Assembly (NCBI GenBank): GCA_029856525.1
Contig: JAHQXC010000011.1
Coordinates: forward strand, 1 to 24,439
Direction of reading: 5' to 3'
Source: Candidatus Odinarchaeia archaeon
GTDB lineage: Archaea; Asgardarchaeota; Odinarchaeia; Odinarchaeales; Odinarchaeaceae
Length of the DNA stretch: 24,439 nt
The translations under genes and the position numbers were made by a program. Under the pieces are notes generated by a model. It did not search any database. It saw only the letters and a program-made list of their open reading frames with translations, and was not told the origin of the DNA. Positions 9,730-17,296 of this stretch are shown one piece after another; the stretch's first letter is position 1; every line of letters begins with the position of its first letter.

Positions 9730-10311
9730 TCCGATCACATAAACTTCTGCGCTTGAACGCCGCGACGCTTCAGGCTTTGTTATAATCACTTTAGAAAAGT
9801 ATCTGCGAATTTTTTCTATGAATTCTCTGAAGAACTCACCTTGAAAGACTTTTACAATAAAAGACCCTCCTTTAATTAAAACTTTAATCGCTTTCTCTAA
9901 TGATTTTTCAGCTAGATAGATTTGCCTAGCATGATCTAGTTCCCAGTTACCGCTAACATTAGGGCTGCAATCAGATGTAACCACATCGAATTCACTTGAA
10001 GCCTTGACGATCTCATCCAAGATCCCGTTATCAGTTATATCCCCTAGAATAAAGTGTACTCCTTCAATTTCACGAATAGGTTGAATATCAACTCCCACAA
10101 CCAGGCCTTTACCCCCTACAATATCTTTTATTGCGAGCAGCCAGCCTCCGGGGGCTGAGCCGATATCTAAAACACGGTCTCCTTTTTTTATAATATTATA
10201 TTTCTCATTTAACTGTTTTAATTTAAACGCTGCTCTAGATCTTAAATTCTCTTTTTTCGCAAGCCTATAATAGTGTTCGCTTCTCCTCTCTTTAAGCCAT
10301 CTTCTAGTCAT
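9703..10311 (-). CDS. rlmE: 23S rRNA (uridine-2'-O)-methyltransferase RlmE/FtsJ
   Basis: YYRLAKKENLRSRAAFKL, DIGSAPGGW, GVDI, ILGDI, SDCSPNVSG, KVFQG and KPEASRRSSAEVY. Start at ATG 10311 (MTRRWLKERR) is preferred over the track start 10338. The 3' end overlaps trm1 by 27 bp. Confidence 0.95.
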   Translation of the reverse strand: MTRRWLKERRSEHYYRLAKKENLRSRAAFKLKQLNEKYNIIKKGDRVLDIGSAPGGWLLAIKDIVGGKGLVVGVDIQPIREIEGVHFILGDITDNGILDEIVKASSEFDVVTSDCSPNVSGNWELDHARQIYLAEKSLEKAIKVLIKGGSFIVKVFQGEFFREFIEKIRRYFSKVIITKPEASRRSSAEVYVIGLNFRGEGE

Positions 10312-10516
10312 TTCACATATCCTCATATCTATTATCAAAATTGTAACAGCGACGGCGGGTAATCCTCTTTCAACGGGGAGGAGATGAGATCCGATAAGAT
10401 TATATTAATACTTTTCTCCTATAATGTTTTTGAGCAGGTGTTAGAACGGGTGAAGTTACCTTTTATAAATTTAGCCTGAGAAGCCGCTGGTTTTAAGCTT
10501 TGATGAATTCAGCAGC

Positions 10517-10654
10517 GTGAATAAGAGTAGAAGACTCCTCGGCTATAAGCTGAAGCGTAGATCTGATTTGAACCAGTCTCAAACCCCCAGTATTCTTGTT
10601 AACAGTTCGATGTGCGAGAGGGGAAGCCACTCCCCTTAGACGGCGGTATTTCAC
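10517..10654 (+). mobile_element. Possible non-autonomous IS200/IS605-type (MITE-like) remnant
   Basis: Segment bounded by GTGAA..TTCAC, with hairpins TCGGCT-ATA-AGCTGA (10539-10553) and AGGGGA-AGCCAC-TCCCCT (10619-10636). It ends GAAGCCACTCCCCTTAGACGGCGGTATTTCAC, resembling from memory archaeal tnpB right ends. No transposase is present. Confidence 0.35.
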
Positions 10655-12953
10655 TAGCGTTCATCCCTATAATTTCTTTCTCTTTGAGAAGTAAATAGGC
10701 GACCGCCTGCCCGAAGGATAAGCCTCCGTCTCCTGGTGGTGTAAAATTATGCGTGATTAAATTGAAACCTTCTTTTTCAACAGTTCTTTTAATAATATTT
10801 GTTATAATCTCATTATATGCAACTCCGCCGGATAACCCTATATACTCAATATTATTTTCATAACAGAATTTCACAGCTAGTTCTGCTAATCCTTTCCCAA
10901 GGTAATTCATAGCACTGTACGCTAAATCCGCTTTTCTATATTTATCTCTGTTTTTGAAAATTTCTTTAACGAACTCTCTTATTTTCAGTTTATTCCCTTC
11001 TAGAATAGGCGGGGTGTCGAGAACAGGTTTGCCTTTATATCCTGCTGATTCAAGTTTTATAGCAGGCTCTCCATCATAACTTCTATAATAACATAAACCT
11101 ATTATAGCTGAGATACAGTCTAGAAACCGACCGGCTGAAGTTGTTTTCATCAACTTGTTTGATTGGAGCATTCTATGTATTATCCGGATCTCTTCTAAAC
11201 CATAGGGGAATGTGTTGGAATACTCTCTTATCCAGTCATCATAACCGTCCTCCTCGTATAATATGCCCATAGCGATTCTCAAAGGATATCTTGTAGCCGC
11301 GTCGCCTCCAGGAAGCGGGTATTCTTCAATATGGCCGAGTCTTTTAAACCTGTTTCCTTCAAAAACTAAAAGTTCCCCACCCCACGCTTCTCCGTTTTCA
11401 CCTAACCCGAATCCGTCTACTATAATTCCAATCATTTTTTTTAAATAATTCTCTCCCATTAAAGCTGCTAGGTGTGCGTAATGGTGTTGTATTTTAGCCA
11501 CTGGGATATTCAATTCTCCAGCTAAGTGTTGAGCGTAGAGTGTTGTGTTAAAACCCATGTGGAGATCGCATGCTAAAGCTTGAAACTCTGCGTTCAATAA
11601 TTTTTTGAAATGGGTGACGCTATCCTTATAGAAGTTGAATGTCTCGTATTTTTGTGTTTTCCCGATATACTGGGAGAGGAAGGCTTTGCCTTCTTTTATA
11701 ATACAGAATGTCACGTTCTCTTCTCCCCCGCATCCTAAAACTACAGGCGCTTCTTCATTCAACCAGGGTAATTCAATAGGCTGTGGAACGTATCCTCTTG
11801 AACGTCTTAATAGGAGTGGTTTATCACTGTGGAATCTGACAACAGAGTCATCTGCTCTTTGAACAATCTCCCTGTTATGTAAGATGAAATAATCTACATA
11901 TTTACCTAGTTTTGAAATTGCAGTTTCATTGTCGATGGCGATAGGTTCATCCTGAGGGTTTGCGCTGGTCATTATCATAGCCGGCTCCCTGTAAGTTTCA
12001 AAGAGAAGGTAGTGTAGACCAGTGTAGGGTAACATAACCCCTATATTATGGAGGCCTGGGGAGATTTCCTCTGATAGATTGAAATCTTCTCGTTTATTCA
12101 GTAGAACGATTGGGCGAATATATGATTCTAAAAGTCTCCGCTCATATTCCGATACTTCAGCGAAGCTTTTAATTTTTTCAATACTAGCCGCCATCACCGC
12201 GAAGGGCTTGGTAGGCCTGTTTTTTCTCTTTCTCAATTTTATTATAGGCTCAGAATTCAACGTTGAAGCCGCGAAATGGAAGCCTCCGTTACCTTTTATA
12301 CCGAGTATGAACCCTTCTTCTATCAGTTTAACCGCTTCTTTTATAGGGTCAGCGCAGTTGATTTCTCCTCCTCGACTGTCTGTTAAATAGATTTTAGGCC
12401 CGCAATCAGGGCATGCGATGGTTTGCGCATGGTATCTTCTATTTAGAGGATCAGTGTATTCACGGTAGCATTTATCGCACATCGGGAAATCACGCATAGC
12501 GGTTCTATCCCTATCATAGGGAAGTGAGTGAATTATAGTGAATCTAGGCCCACAATTAGTGCAGGTTATGAAAAAGTAGTTTTTCCTCCTATCGTTTTCG
12601 CTAAACAACTCTTTCAAACATTCATTGCATATAGATATATCCGGCGGGATTATTGAAACACCTTTCTTATAATCTTCAGAGCTGGATAGTATGTAGAAAT
12701 CAGCGTAGACTGATTTATTAACAGGTTTCTCAACGTTTATCTCTTCAATCTCGCTTAAAGGCGGTTTCTCAGTTTTCAGCCTTCTCATAAATTTTTCAAT
12801 ATTCTTCTTAAATCCGCTGAGATAAATTTCCACACTCCCGTTGCCGAGATTCTTCACATATCCGGTTAACTTACAGGTTTTAGCTAACCTGTAGATGAAA
12901 GGCCGGAACCCTACTCCTTGAACTGTTCCAGACACTGTAATTTTAATATCCAA
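10599..12953 (-). CDS. hypF: [NiFe]-hydrogenase maturation carbamoyltransferase HypF
   Basis: Acylphosphatase N-terminus (GTVQGVGFRPF), zinc fingers (CNEC, CTNCGPRF, CDKC, CPDCGP), YrdC-like domain (KGNGGFH, RKNRPTKPFAVM), Kae1-like domain (DLH, QHHYAH, DGFG) and PPGDGGLSFGQ. TTG start. Confidence 0.97.
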   Translation of the reverse strand: MDIKITVSGTVQGVGFRPFIYRLAKTCKLTGYVKNLGNGSVEIYLSGFKKNIEKFMRRLKTEKPPLSEIEEINVEKPVNKSVYADFYILSSSEDYKKGVSIIPPDISICNECLKELFSENDRRKNYFFITCTNCGPRFTIIHSLPYDRDRTAMRDFPMCDKCYREYTDPLNRRYHAQTIACPDCGPKIYLTDSRGGEINCADPIKEAVKLIEEGFILGIKGNGGFHFAASTLNSEPIIKLRKRKNRPTKPFAVMAASIEKIKSFAEVSEYERRLLESYIRPIVLLNKREDFNLSEEISPGLHNIGVMLPYTGLHYLLFETYREPAMIMTSANPQDEPIAIDNETAISKLGKYVDYFILHNREIVQRADDSVVRFHSDKPLLLRRSRGYVPQPIELPWLNEEAPVVLGCGGEENVTFCIIKEGKAFLSQYIGKTQKYETFNFYKDSVTHFKKLLNAEFQALACDLHMGFNTTLYAQHLAGELNIPVAKIQHHYAHLAALMGENYLKKMIGIIVDGFGLGENGEAWGGELLVFEGNRFKRLGHIEEYPLPGGDAATRYPLRIAMGILYEEDGYDDWIREYSNTFPYGLEEIRIIHRMLQSNKLMKTTSAGRFLDCISAIIGLCYYRSYDGEPAIKLESAGYKGKPVLDTPPILEGNKLKIREFVKEIFKNRDKYRKADLAYSAMNYLGKGLAELAVKFCYENNIEYIGLSGGVAYNEIITNIIKRTVEKEGFNLITHNFTPPGDGGLSFGQAVAYLLLKEKEIIGMNASEIPPSKGSGFPSRTSNC

Positions 12954-13066
12954 TTACCACACCTAAAATCCTCTTTTAACCGAATCAGTGAACTTTAATT
13001 TTACAATATAAGTTAAATTTTTTATCTCGACTTCGCGAGTGAACTCTACCTATAAGAGTGTATAGT

Positions 13067-14485
13067 TTAAGTGAAGGAGGGTCGGGCTGATAACTTTACT
13101 GGGAGAGGTATCCGTTTGAAAAGTTTCCCTTCCATTTCCTTTTTAACAGTGTTAACAAGCTCCTCTAAAGATAATTCTATTATGTAAGGTTTCTTCTCAG
13201 ATGATAATAATCTGTTTCTTACAGTTAACTTTCCGCTTTCAACCTCCCGGTCTCCTAGTATAACTATATATGGAGCCCAATCTCTTCTCTCCGCATCCAT
13301 TATTTTTCTACCTATGCTTTTATCACGGTCATCTATATCCGCTCTAATATTATTCTCTTCTAGGATTCTCTGAACTTTTTCAGCGAAATTTATATGCCGA
13401 TCCGCTACAGGGATTAATCTGACTTGTGTGGGGGATAACCATACAGGTAGAGTTGGGAGTTTAGCTTCTATCTTATTTTTAAGAGCTGTTTCTAAGAGAG
13501 CGTATATAACCCTCTCAATACTCCCCATGGAGCTGTGAAGTATAATACATCCTTTCTTACCACCATCTTCATCGGCGTATCTTATACCATATCTTTCAGC
13601 GTCTTCTACATCTAATTGAACAGTTGACAGTTGCGCATTACTGCCTACACTGTCTATGACTTGATACTCTGATTTAAGCGCCCAGTAATGCTTCATGGAG
13701 GGTAAAACTTCGATCATCGCTGTTTTACCGAGAGAAGCTATAAGATTTTTAAGAAACTCTTTATATTCTTCAAAGTATTTTTTAACAATCCGGAAAACGA
13801 GAACATAACTGATACTTAGACCTGTGAGTAGTTGATGATAGAATTTCGTTAAATTAGTATATTCTTCAAGTCCTTGATTAAAATCTTTGCAGAAGCAGTG
13901 CAGGTCTGGCATTGTAAAAGATCTGAGTCTTCTCAAACCCACGCATTCCCCTCTTTTTTCAAGTCTAAAAGAAGGGGATAATTCGAATACTCTAACAGGC
14001 ATCTGCTTATAACTGATTTGAGCGTCTCTCATCATTTTAAATAATCCAAAATCTCCAGCGAATCTTAGTAGAAAAGTTTTTTTACCTATTTTCAACCTGT
14101 AATCTTTTTCAATAAATTTATCCGCCTGCTCTTTTATATCAGGTTCATCATACCGGTACATTATAGGTGTTTCAATTCTAATCGCGTTAAGCCACTCCGC
14201 GGCAGCCCATATAGCATACTCCTCTATAAGTGTTTTTAGAAAAGCGCCTTTAGGATACCATCTGAAATGACCTACGTCGCTAGCCGGCTCATAGTCGACT
14301 AATTCTAGTTGTCGAAGATATTGAATGTGTTTAGGGGGCTCAGCGCATAAACCCCCTATTTCTTCGCTTATAATGTATTGTCTGAGTTCAGGGTCTTTTT
14401 TAACCATCGGACAGTCGTCTATATTTTTTAAATCTAGCTTAAACTCCTCGCCTTCAGCATTAATAATTAAATAACGGTTGAGCAT
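13067..14485 (-). CDS. thrS: Threonyl-tRNA synthetase, archaeal-type catalytic and anticodon-binding domains, no N-terminal editing domain
   Basis: ELVDYEPASDVGHFRWYPKG, FRLEKRGECVGLRRLRSFTMPDLH, QLSTVQLD, LHSSMGSIER, LPVWLSPTQVRLIPV and DDRDKSIGRKI. An in-frame TGA lies at 14495-14497 and a GAGG RBS precedes the ATG. Confidence 0.92.
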   Translation of the reverse strand: MLNRYLIINAEGEEFKLDLKNIDDCPMVKKDPELRQYIISEEIGGLCAEPPKHIQYLRQLELVDYEPASDVGHFRWYPKGAFLKTLIEEYAIWAAAEWLNAIRIETPIMYRYDEPDIKEQADKFIEKDYRLKIGKKTFLLRFAGDFGLFKMMRDAQISYKQMPVRVFELSPSFRLEKRGECVGLRRLRSFTMPDLHCFCKDFNQGLEEYTNLTKFYHQLLTGLSISYVLVFRIVKKYFEEYKEFLKNLIASLGKTAMIEVLPSMKHYWALKSEYQVIDSVGSNAQLSTVQLDVEDAERYGIRYADEDGGKKGCIILHSSMGSIERVIYALLETALKNKIEAKLPTLPVWLSPTQVRLIPVADRHINFAEKVQRILEENNIRADIDDRDKSIGRKIMDAERRDWAPYIVILGDREVESGKLTVRNRLLSSEKKPYIIELSLEELVNTVKKEMEGKLFKRIPLPVKLSARPSFT

Positions 14486-14608
14486 ATCCTCATCTCAGAT
14501 TACAGGTTTGAAATACTTAGACAAGTTAAACCCTTCAACTATTTTAATTTTTTCGGGGAATTCAATCAGAATAGAGAGCGTAGTAAATAATTTTTTATAT
14601 AACTTGGT

Positions 14609-14648
14609 GTGAAAGTTATAAATAATATTTTATAGAATAAACGAGGTG
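14609..14648 (+). promoter_or_regulatory. BRE/TATA promoter and RBS of histone gene
   Basis: GTGAAAG followed by TTATAAAT (14616-14623). GAGGTG at 14643-14648, 8 nt before the ATG. Confidence 0.55.
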
Positions 14649-14656
14649 TAAGCTTA

Positions 14657-14836
14657 ATGGCTGATAGTCTTATAGTGAAAGCTGCTGTAAAAGAGCTTAT
14701 AAACAAACATGATATGAAAGTCTCATCTGAAGTAATAGATGAAGCCTTAAACAAGGCTGTTGAAGCGCATATATTGAAAGCCATCGAGAGGGCTAAAGCT
14801 AACAATAGGAAAACAATTCTCCCACAGGATCTTTAG
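14657..14836 (+). CDS. Short histone-fold protein, alpha3-truncated (face-to-face/DUF1931/Bd0055-like)
   Basis: Hand translation, 59 aa: MADSLIVKAAVKELINKHDMKVSSEVIDEALNKAVEAHILKAIERAKANNRKTILPQDL. It has the RAxxxxRKTxxxxD histone-fold motif ending 1 residue after the Asp, plus a strong RBS and T-rich tail. Not in the ORF track. Confidence 0.9.
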   Translation: MADSLIVKAAVKELINKHDMKVSSEVIDEALNKAVEAHILKAIERAKANNRKTILPQDL

Positions 14837-14850
14837 AGGACTTTCACCGC

Positions 14851-14874
14851 TCTTTTTTGTTTTCATTTATTTTT
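14851..14874 (+). terminator. Oligo-T terminator of histone gene
   Basis: TCTTTTTTGTTTTCATTTATTTTT starts about 15 nt after the stop and lies just before the convergent tRNA 3' end. Confidence 0.55.
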
Positions 14875-14894
14875 GTATGGTGCGCCCGGTGAGA

Positions 14895-14918
14895 TTTTCG
14901 AAAAAGTATAACTTTTTT
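14895..14918 (-). other. tRNA intron 2, non-canonical T-loop position 59/60, 24 nt
   Basis: AAAAAAGTTATACTTTTTCGAAAA. Strict BHB: central helix TTCG/CGAA, bulges AA|A and AA|T, outer helix AAAAAGT/ACTTTTT. Confidence 0.88.
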
Positions 14919-14940
14919 TTCGAACTCACGGCTTCGGCCT

Positions 14941-14955
14941 ATCTGCGAAATCTCA
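14941..14955 (-). other. tRNA intron 1, canonical position 37/38, 15 nt
   Basis: TGAGATTTCGCAGAT. BHB: central helix CTGC(32-35)/GCAG with 3-nt bulges GG|T and AT|A. Confidence 0.88.
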
Positions 14956-15103
14956 CCGCAGGGCCGCGCAATATCCTGGCTATGCCACGGGCGCATTTAA
15001 ACTATTAACAACTACAGATAAAAATATTATTTAACTTTTATTAGAGACTGTTTAAAATAAGTGTGTAATAGTTTTTTAACTCATATTGTTTTAATATTAT
15101 TTC

Positions 15104-15913
15104 ATGGTGTCGCTATCTGAGTTTATAGAATTTCTAGAGAAGGTCGCTCCTCCGGAATTAGCTTTACCTGACGATTTAATAGGGATGCAGATCGGTGAAT
15201 CCCGGAGAAGCGAATGGGCGAAGAAAAATCTAAGATGCGTGGTTGTCGCATTAGAGCCTTCTATAGCGGCTATTCAACACGCCGTCGACGTGAACGCGCA
15301 GTTAATAATAACACACCACCCTCTATTTTATAAAAATTTAAAAGAGATTACAGGAGGATTATCCCAGAAGGTTAGGTCTTTAACCTCGAATTATATCTCC
15401 CTTTATGTCGTCCACACAAACTGGGATTTCGCTGAAAACGGTGTAAACGATACTTTAATCGATCTTATAGGTTTAGTTAAGACAGGTGTCAATTCAATGG
15501 AAGAGGAACCAGGCGGCGGGAGATTTTTAACCAGGCTCTGTACTCCTCCAGGCGGTTTAATGTCTCTGAGAATGCTATTAGAAATATTAAATTTAAAACT
15601 AAAACCTCAGAGATTAATGTATGTAGGGGATCTTGAAAGCGAGGTTAAAAATATTATTATAAGCAGCGGTGACGGTGCGGAGATCCACTTCTTAAAAGCT
15701 GCGTGTAATATGGGTGTTGACACTTATATTACAGGTGAAGCATCCTATCACTCTATGCTCTACGCTAAAGAGAATAATTTAAAATTGATTATCGCAGGGC
15801 ACTATGAAACAGAGAACCCTGGGATGAGACGGCTATCTCAAATACTTCAAGTTGAGTTCCCTGAATTAAAAATTCTATTCTTCGACTCCCAGCCAGTTGG
15901 TTACTGCTACTAG
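15104..15913 (+). CDS. Nif3-like dinuclear metal-centre hexameric protein
   Basis: LEKVAPPELA, LIITHHPLF, HTNWD, GVND, DTYITGE and AGHYETE motifs. Confidence 0.9.
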   Translation: MVSLSEFIEFLEKVAPPELALPDDLIGMQIGESRRSEWAKKNLRCVVVALEPSIAAIQHAVDVNAQLIITHHPLFYKNLKEITGGLSQKVRSLTSNYISLYVVHTNWDFAENGVNDTLIDLIGLVKTGVNSMEEEPGGGRFLTRLCTPPGGLMSLRMLLEILNLKLKPQRLMYVGDLESEVKNIIISSGDGAEIHFLKAACNMGVDTYITGEASYHSMLYAKENNLKLIIAGHYETENPGMRRLSQILQVEFPELKILFFDSQPVGYCY

Positions 15914-16017
15914 TTTGGAAAATCTTTTAAACATGTTTACACATCTTTACTTAGGCGGCTTCTAATTTTAAGAAGCGTATAAATGTAAAACATTTATTAA
16001 ATATGAACGTGGTGTAA

Positions 16018-16722
16018 ATGGTTAAATTCTTGAATAAAATAGCTTTAATCGCAGCGATTCTAGGAGTTATCCCAGTTGGATTACCCTTTATAACGATAAA
16101 TTTCACGAAAATCAGCACCGGTGAATCAACTATAGTCTCAGTTTATCCCTGGGGTCTTCTAGGTGGAAGCGGAGCTGTGTTCCTGCCTATAATAAATCTC
16201 ATACTATTTATGCTACCTGTAATAGTAGCCCCTCTTTTAGCGGTTTACGGTTCAACTAAACTAACAGGCGGTCGAACTTTAATAGGATTATCCGGTTTCA
16301 TCTCAGCTTTCGGGGTCCTCCAATGGTTTATTCAATTAGGATCATTTATAGGATCTGGAAGTGATATCGCTTCAGATCTATCATGGGTTGGCGGTCTAAA
16401 CCTCGGATTTTATATATCAATAGCCGCTACAGTCTTCTTCTTCCTATCGATTTTAGCTCACCCGAAGCCTGGTTCAATTACACCAGACCTTGAGCTTCTT
16501 CAACCATACCAGCTTGAAGAAAAAGAGAAGAGCGCAGTTGAATCGATGCAAACTGAAGCATATAAATTCTGCCCGTATTGCGGTGAAAGAATACCTTACG
16601 AAGCTGTTTTCTGCCCTAAATGCGGGTCTCCAACTAAAATATCTGAAACAAATTCTTCAAGCGAAAATAAAGAGTTCAATATTAAAATACAAGACAGCGA
16701 TGAATCCTCTGAGAATGCTTAA
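16018..16722 (+). CDS. Membrane protein (about 4 TM) with C-terminal zinc ribbon
   Basis: Hydrophobic N-terminal 150 aa, then FCPYCGERIPYEAVFCPKCG and an acidic tail. Confidence 0.75.
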   Translation: MVKFLNKIALIAAILGVIPVGLPFITINFTKISTGESTIVSVYPWGLLGGSGAVFLPIINLILFMLPVIVAPLLAVYGSTKLTGGRTLIGLSGFISAFGVLQWFIQLGSFIGSGSDIASDLSWVGGLNLGFYISIAATVFFFLSILAHPKPGSITPDLELLQPYQLEEKEKSAVESMQTEAYKFCPYCGERIPYEAVFCPKCGSPTKISETNSSSENKEFNIKIQDSDESSENA

Positions 16723-16782
16723 TTCTTCTAACGGTTACAGGTTATAATATTTCAATAATTCTTTTTATTTTTTATAATATTC

Positions 16783-16916
16783 TGAGGAGGCTCCGCTCTT
16801 CTTTTCAAAAGAAGAGGAGGCAAATCTAGAGGGGGGAGAGGGGGAGAAGCAAAGTTGCCGGCGGAGCCTTTTCCTCACGTATATTTAACGGGTAACCCCC
16901 TCTATCCTCCTTTTCC
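16783..16916. ncRNA. Putative structured element (three-way junction with possible pseudoknot), family unknown
   Basis: GC/purine-rich island in AT-rich intergenic DNA. Pairings: TGAGG-AGGCTCCGC with GCGGAGCCT-TTT-CCTCA; hairpin CTCTTCTTT/AAAGAAGAG; GGCAA/TTGCC; TAGAGGGGG/CCCCCTCTA. Expression and strand are unknown. Confidence 0.45.
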
Positions 16917-17058
16917 AACAAGTTAATTTAAAAACTGGCTTCCTTTATAAACTTTTCTCAGTAACAGTTAAGCGTTCACAAGCTTATTTATTAACTTTTA
17001 GATAGTGTTTAATTTATATGCGAAAAATAAATAAGTCTTTTCAGCTTCCCAGTATTCT

Positions 17059-17280
17059 ATGTGTCTTGCTATACCTGGTAGAATTGTTGAAATACACGGT
17101 AACATTGCTAAAACCGATTTCGGAGAGGGTGTAACTAGAAACGTTGATATCTCCCTGGTTCAAGCTAGGGAAGGGGATTATGTTATAGTCCACGCCGGCT
17201 TCGCTATTCAAGTTTTAGATGAAAAAGAGGCTAAGAAAACTATTAAACTATTTAAAAAATTATTAAATATTCCAGTTTAA
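17059..17280 (+). CDS. hypC: Hydrogenase maturation chaperone HypC
   Basis: MCLAIPG start, GDYVIVHAGFAI and LDEKEA. Confidence 0.96.
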   Translation: MCLAIPGRIVEIHGNIAKTDFGEGVTRNVDISLVQAREGDYVIVHAGFAIQVLDEKEAKKTIKLFKKLLNIPV

Positions 17281-17296
17281 GCTGGTGGTTTAGATA

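Larger units (their letters stand above)
14878..14994 (-). tRNA. tRNA-Arg(GCG) with two introns (37/38 and 59/60), CCA encoded
   Basis: Acceptor stem GCGCCCG/CGGGCGC plus ACCA; D-loop AGCCAGGATA; anticodon stem CGGCC/GGCCG with CT-GCG-G; T-arm GTGAG/CTCAC. Removing 14955-14941 and 14918-14895 gives a 78-nt cloverleaf with TTCGAAT T-loop. Confidence 0.93.

Noticed and set aside
10356-10393. K-turn, C/D-box sRNA or fluoride riboswitch
   Set aside because: GATGA is present but there is no opposing CTGA/GA strand, and the crcB consensus is not met.
467-12390. Short track ORFs at 467-709, 2695-2928, 2938-3138, 9234-9509, 11263-11448, 11635-11862 and 12079-12390
   Set aside because: All are antisense shadows fully inside well-supported genes and have no recognisable motifs.
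14495-14630. Stop-free stretch in the thrS frame upstream of the TGA, as a remnant or read-through editing domain
   Set aside because: Only about 44 codons, with no start and no resemblance to the editing domain. It coincides with the AT-rich divergent promoter.
14566-14805. 79-aa minus-strand track ORF
   Set aside because: It is antisense to the histone gene, which has the motif, RBS, promoter and terminator support.
16782-16880. Hammerhead ribozyme or RNase P reading of the structured element
   Set aside because: CTGAGGA resembles the hammerhead CUGANGA, but the stem is followed by TTTT rather than GAAA. Minus-strand GAGGAAAAGGCTCC only loosely resembles the RNase P P4 motif, and the partner motifs and length are missing.
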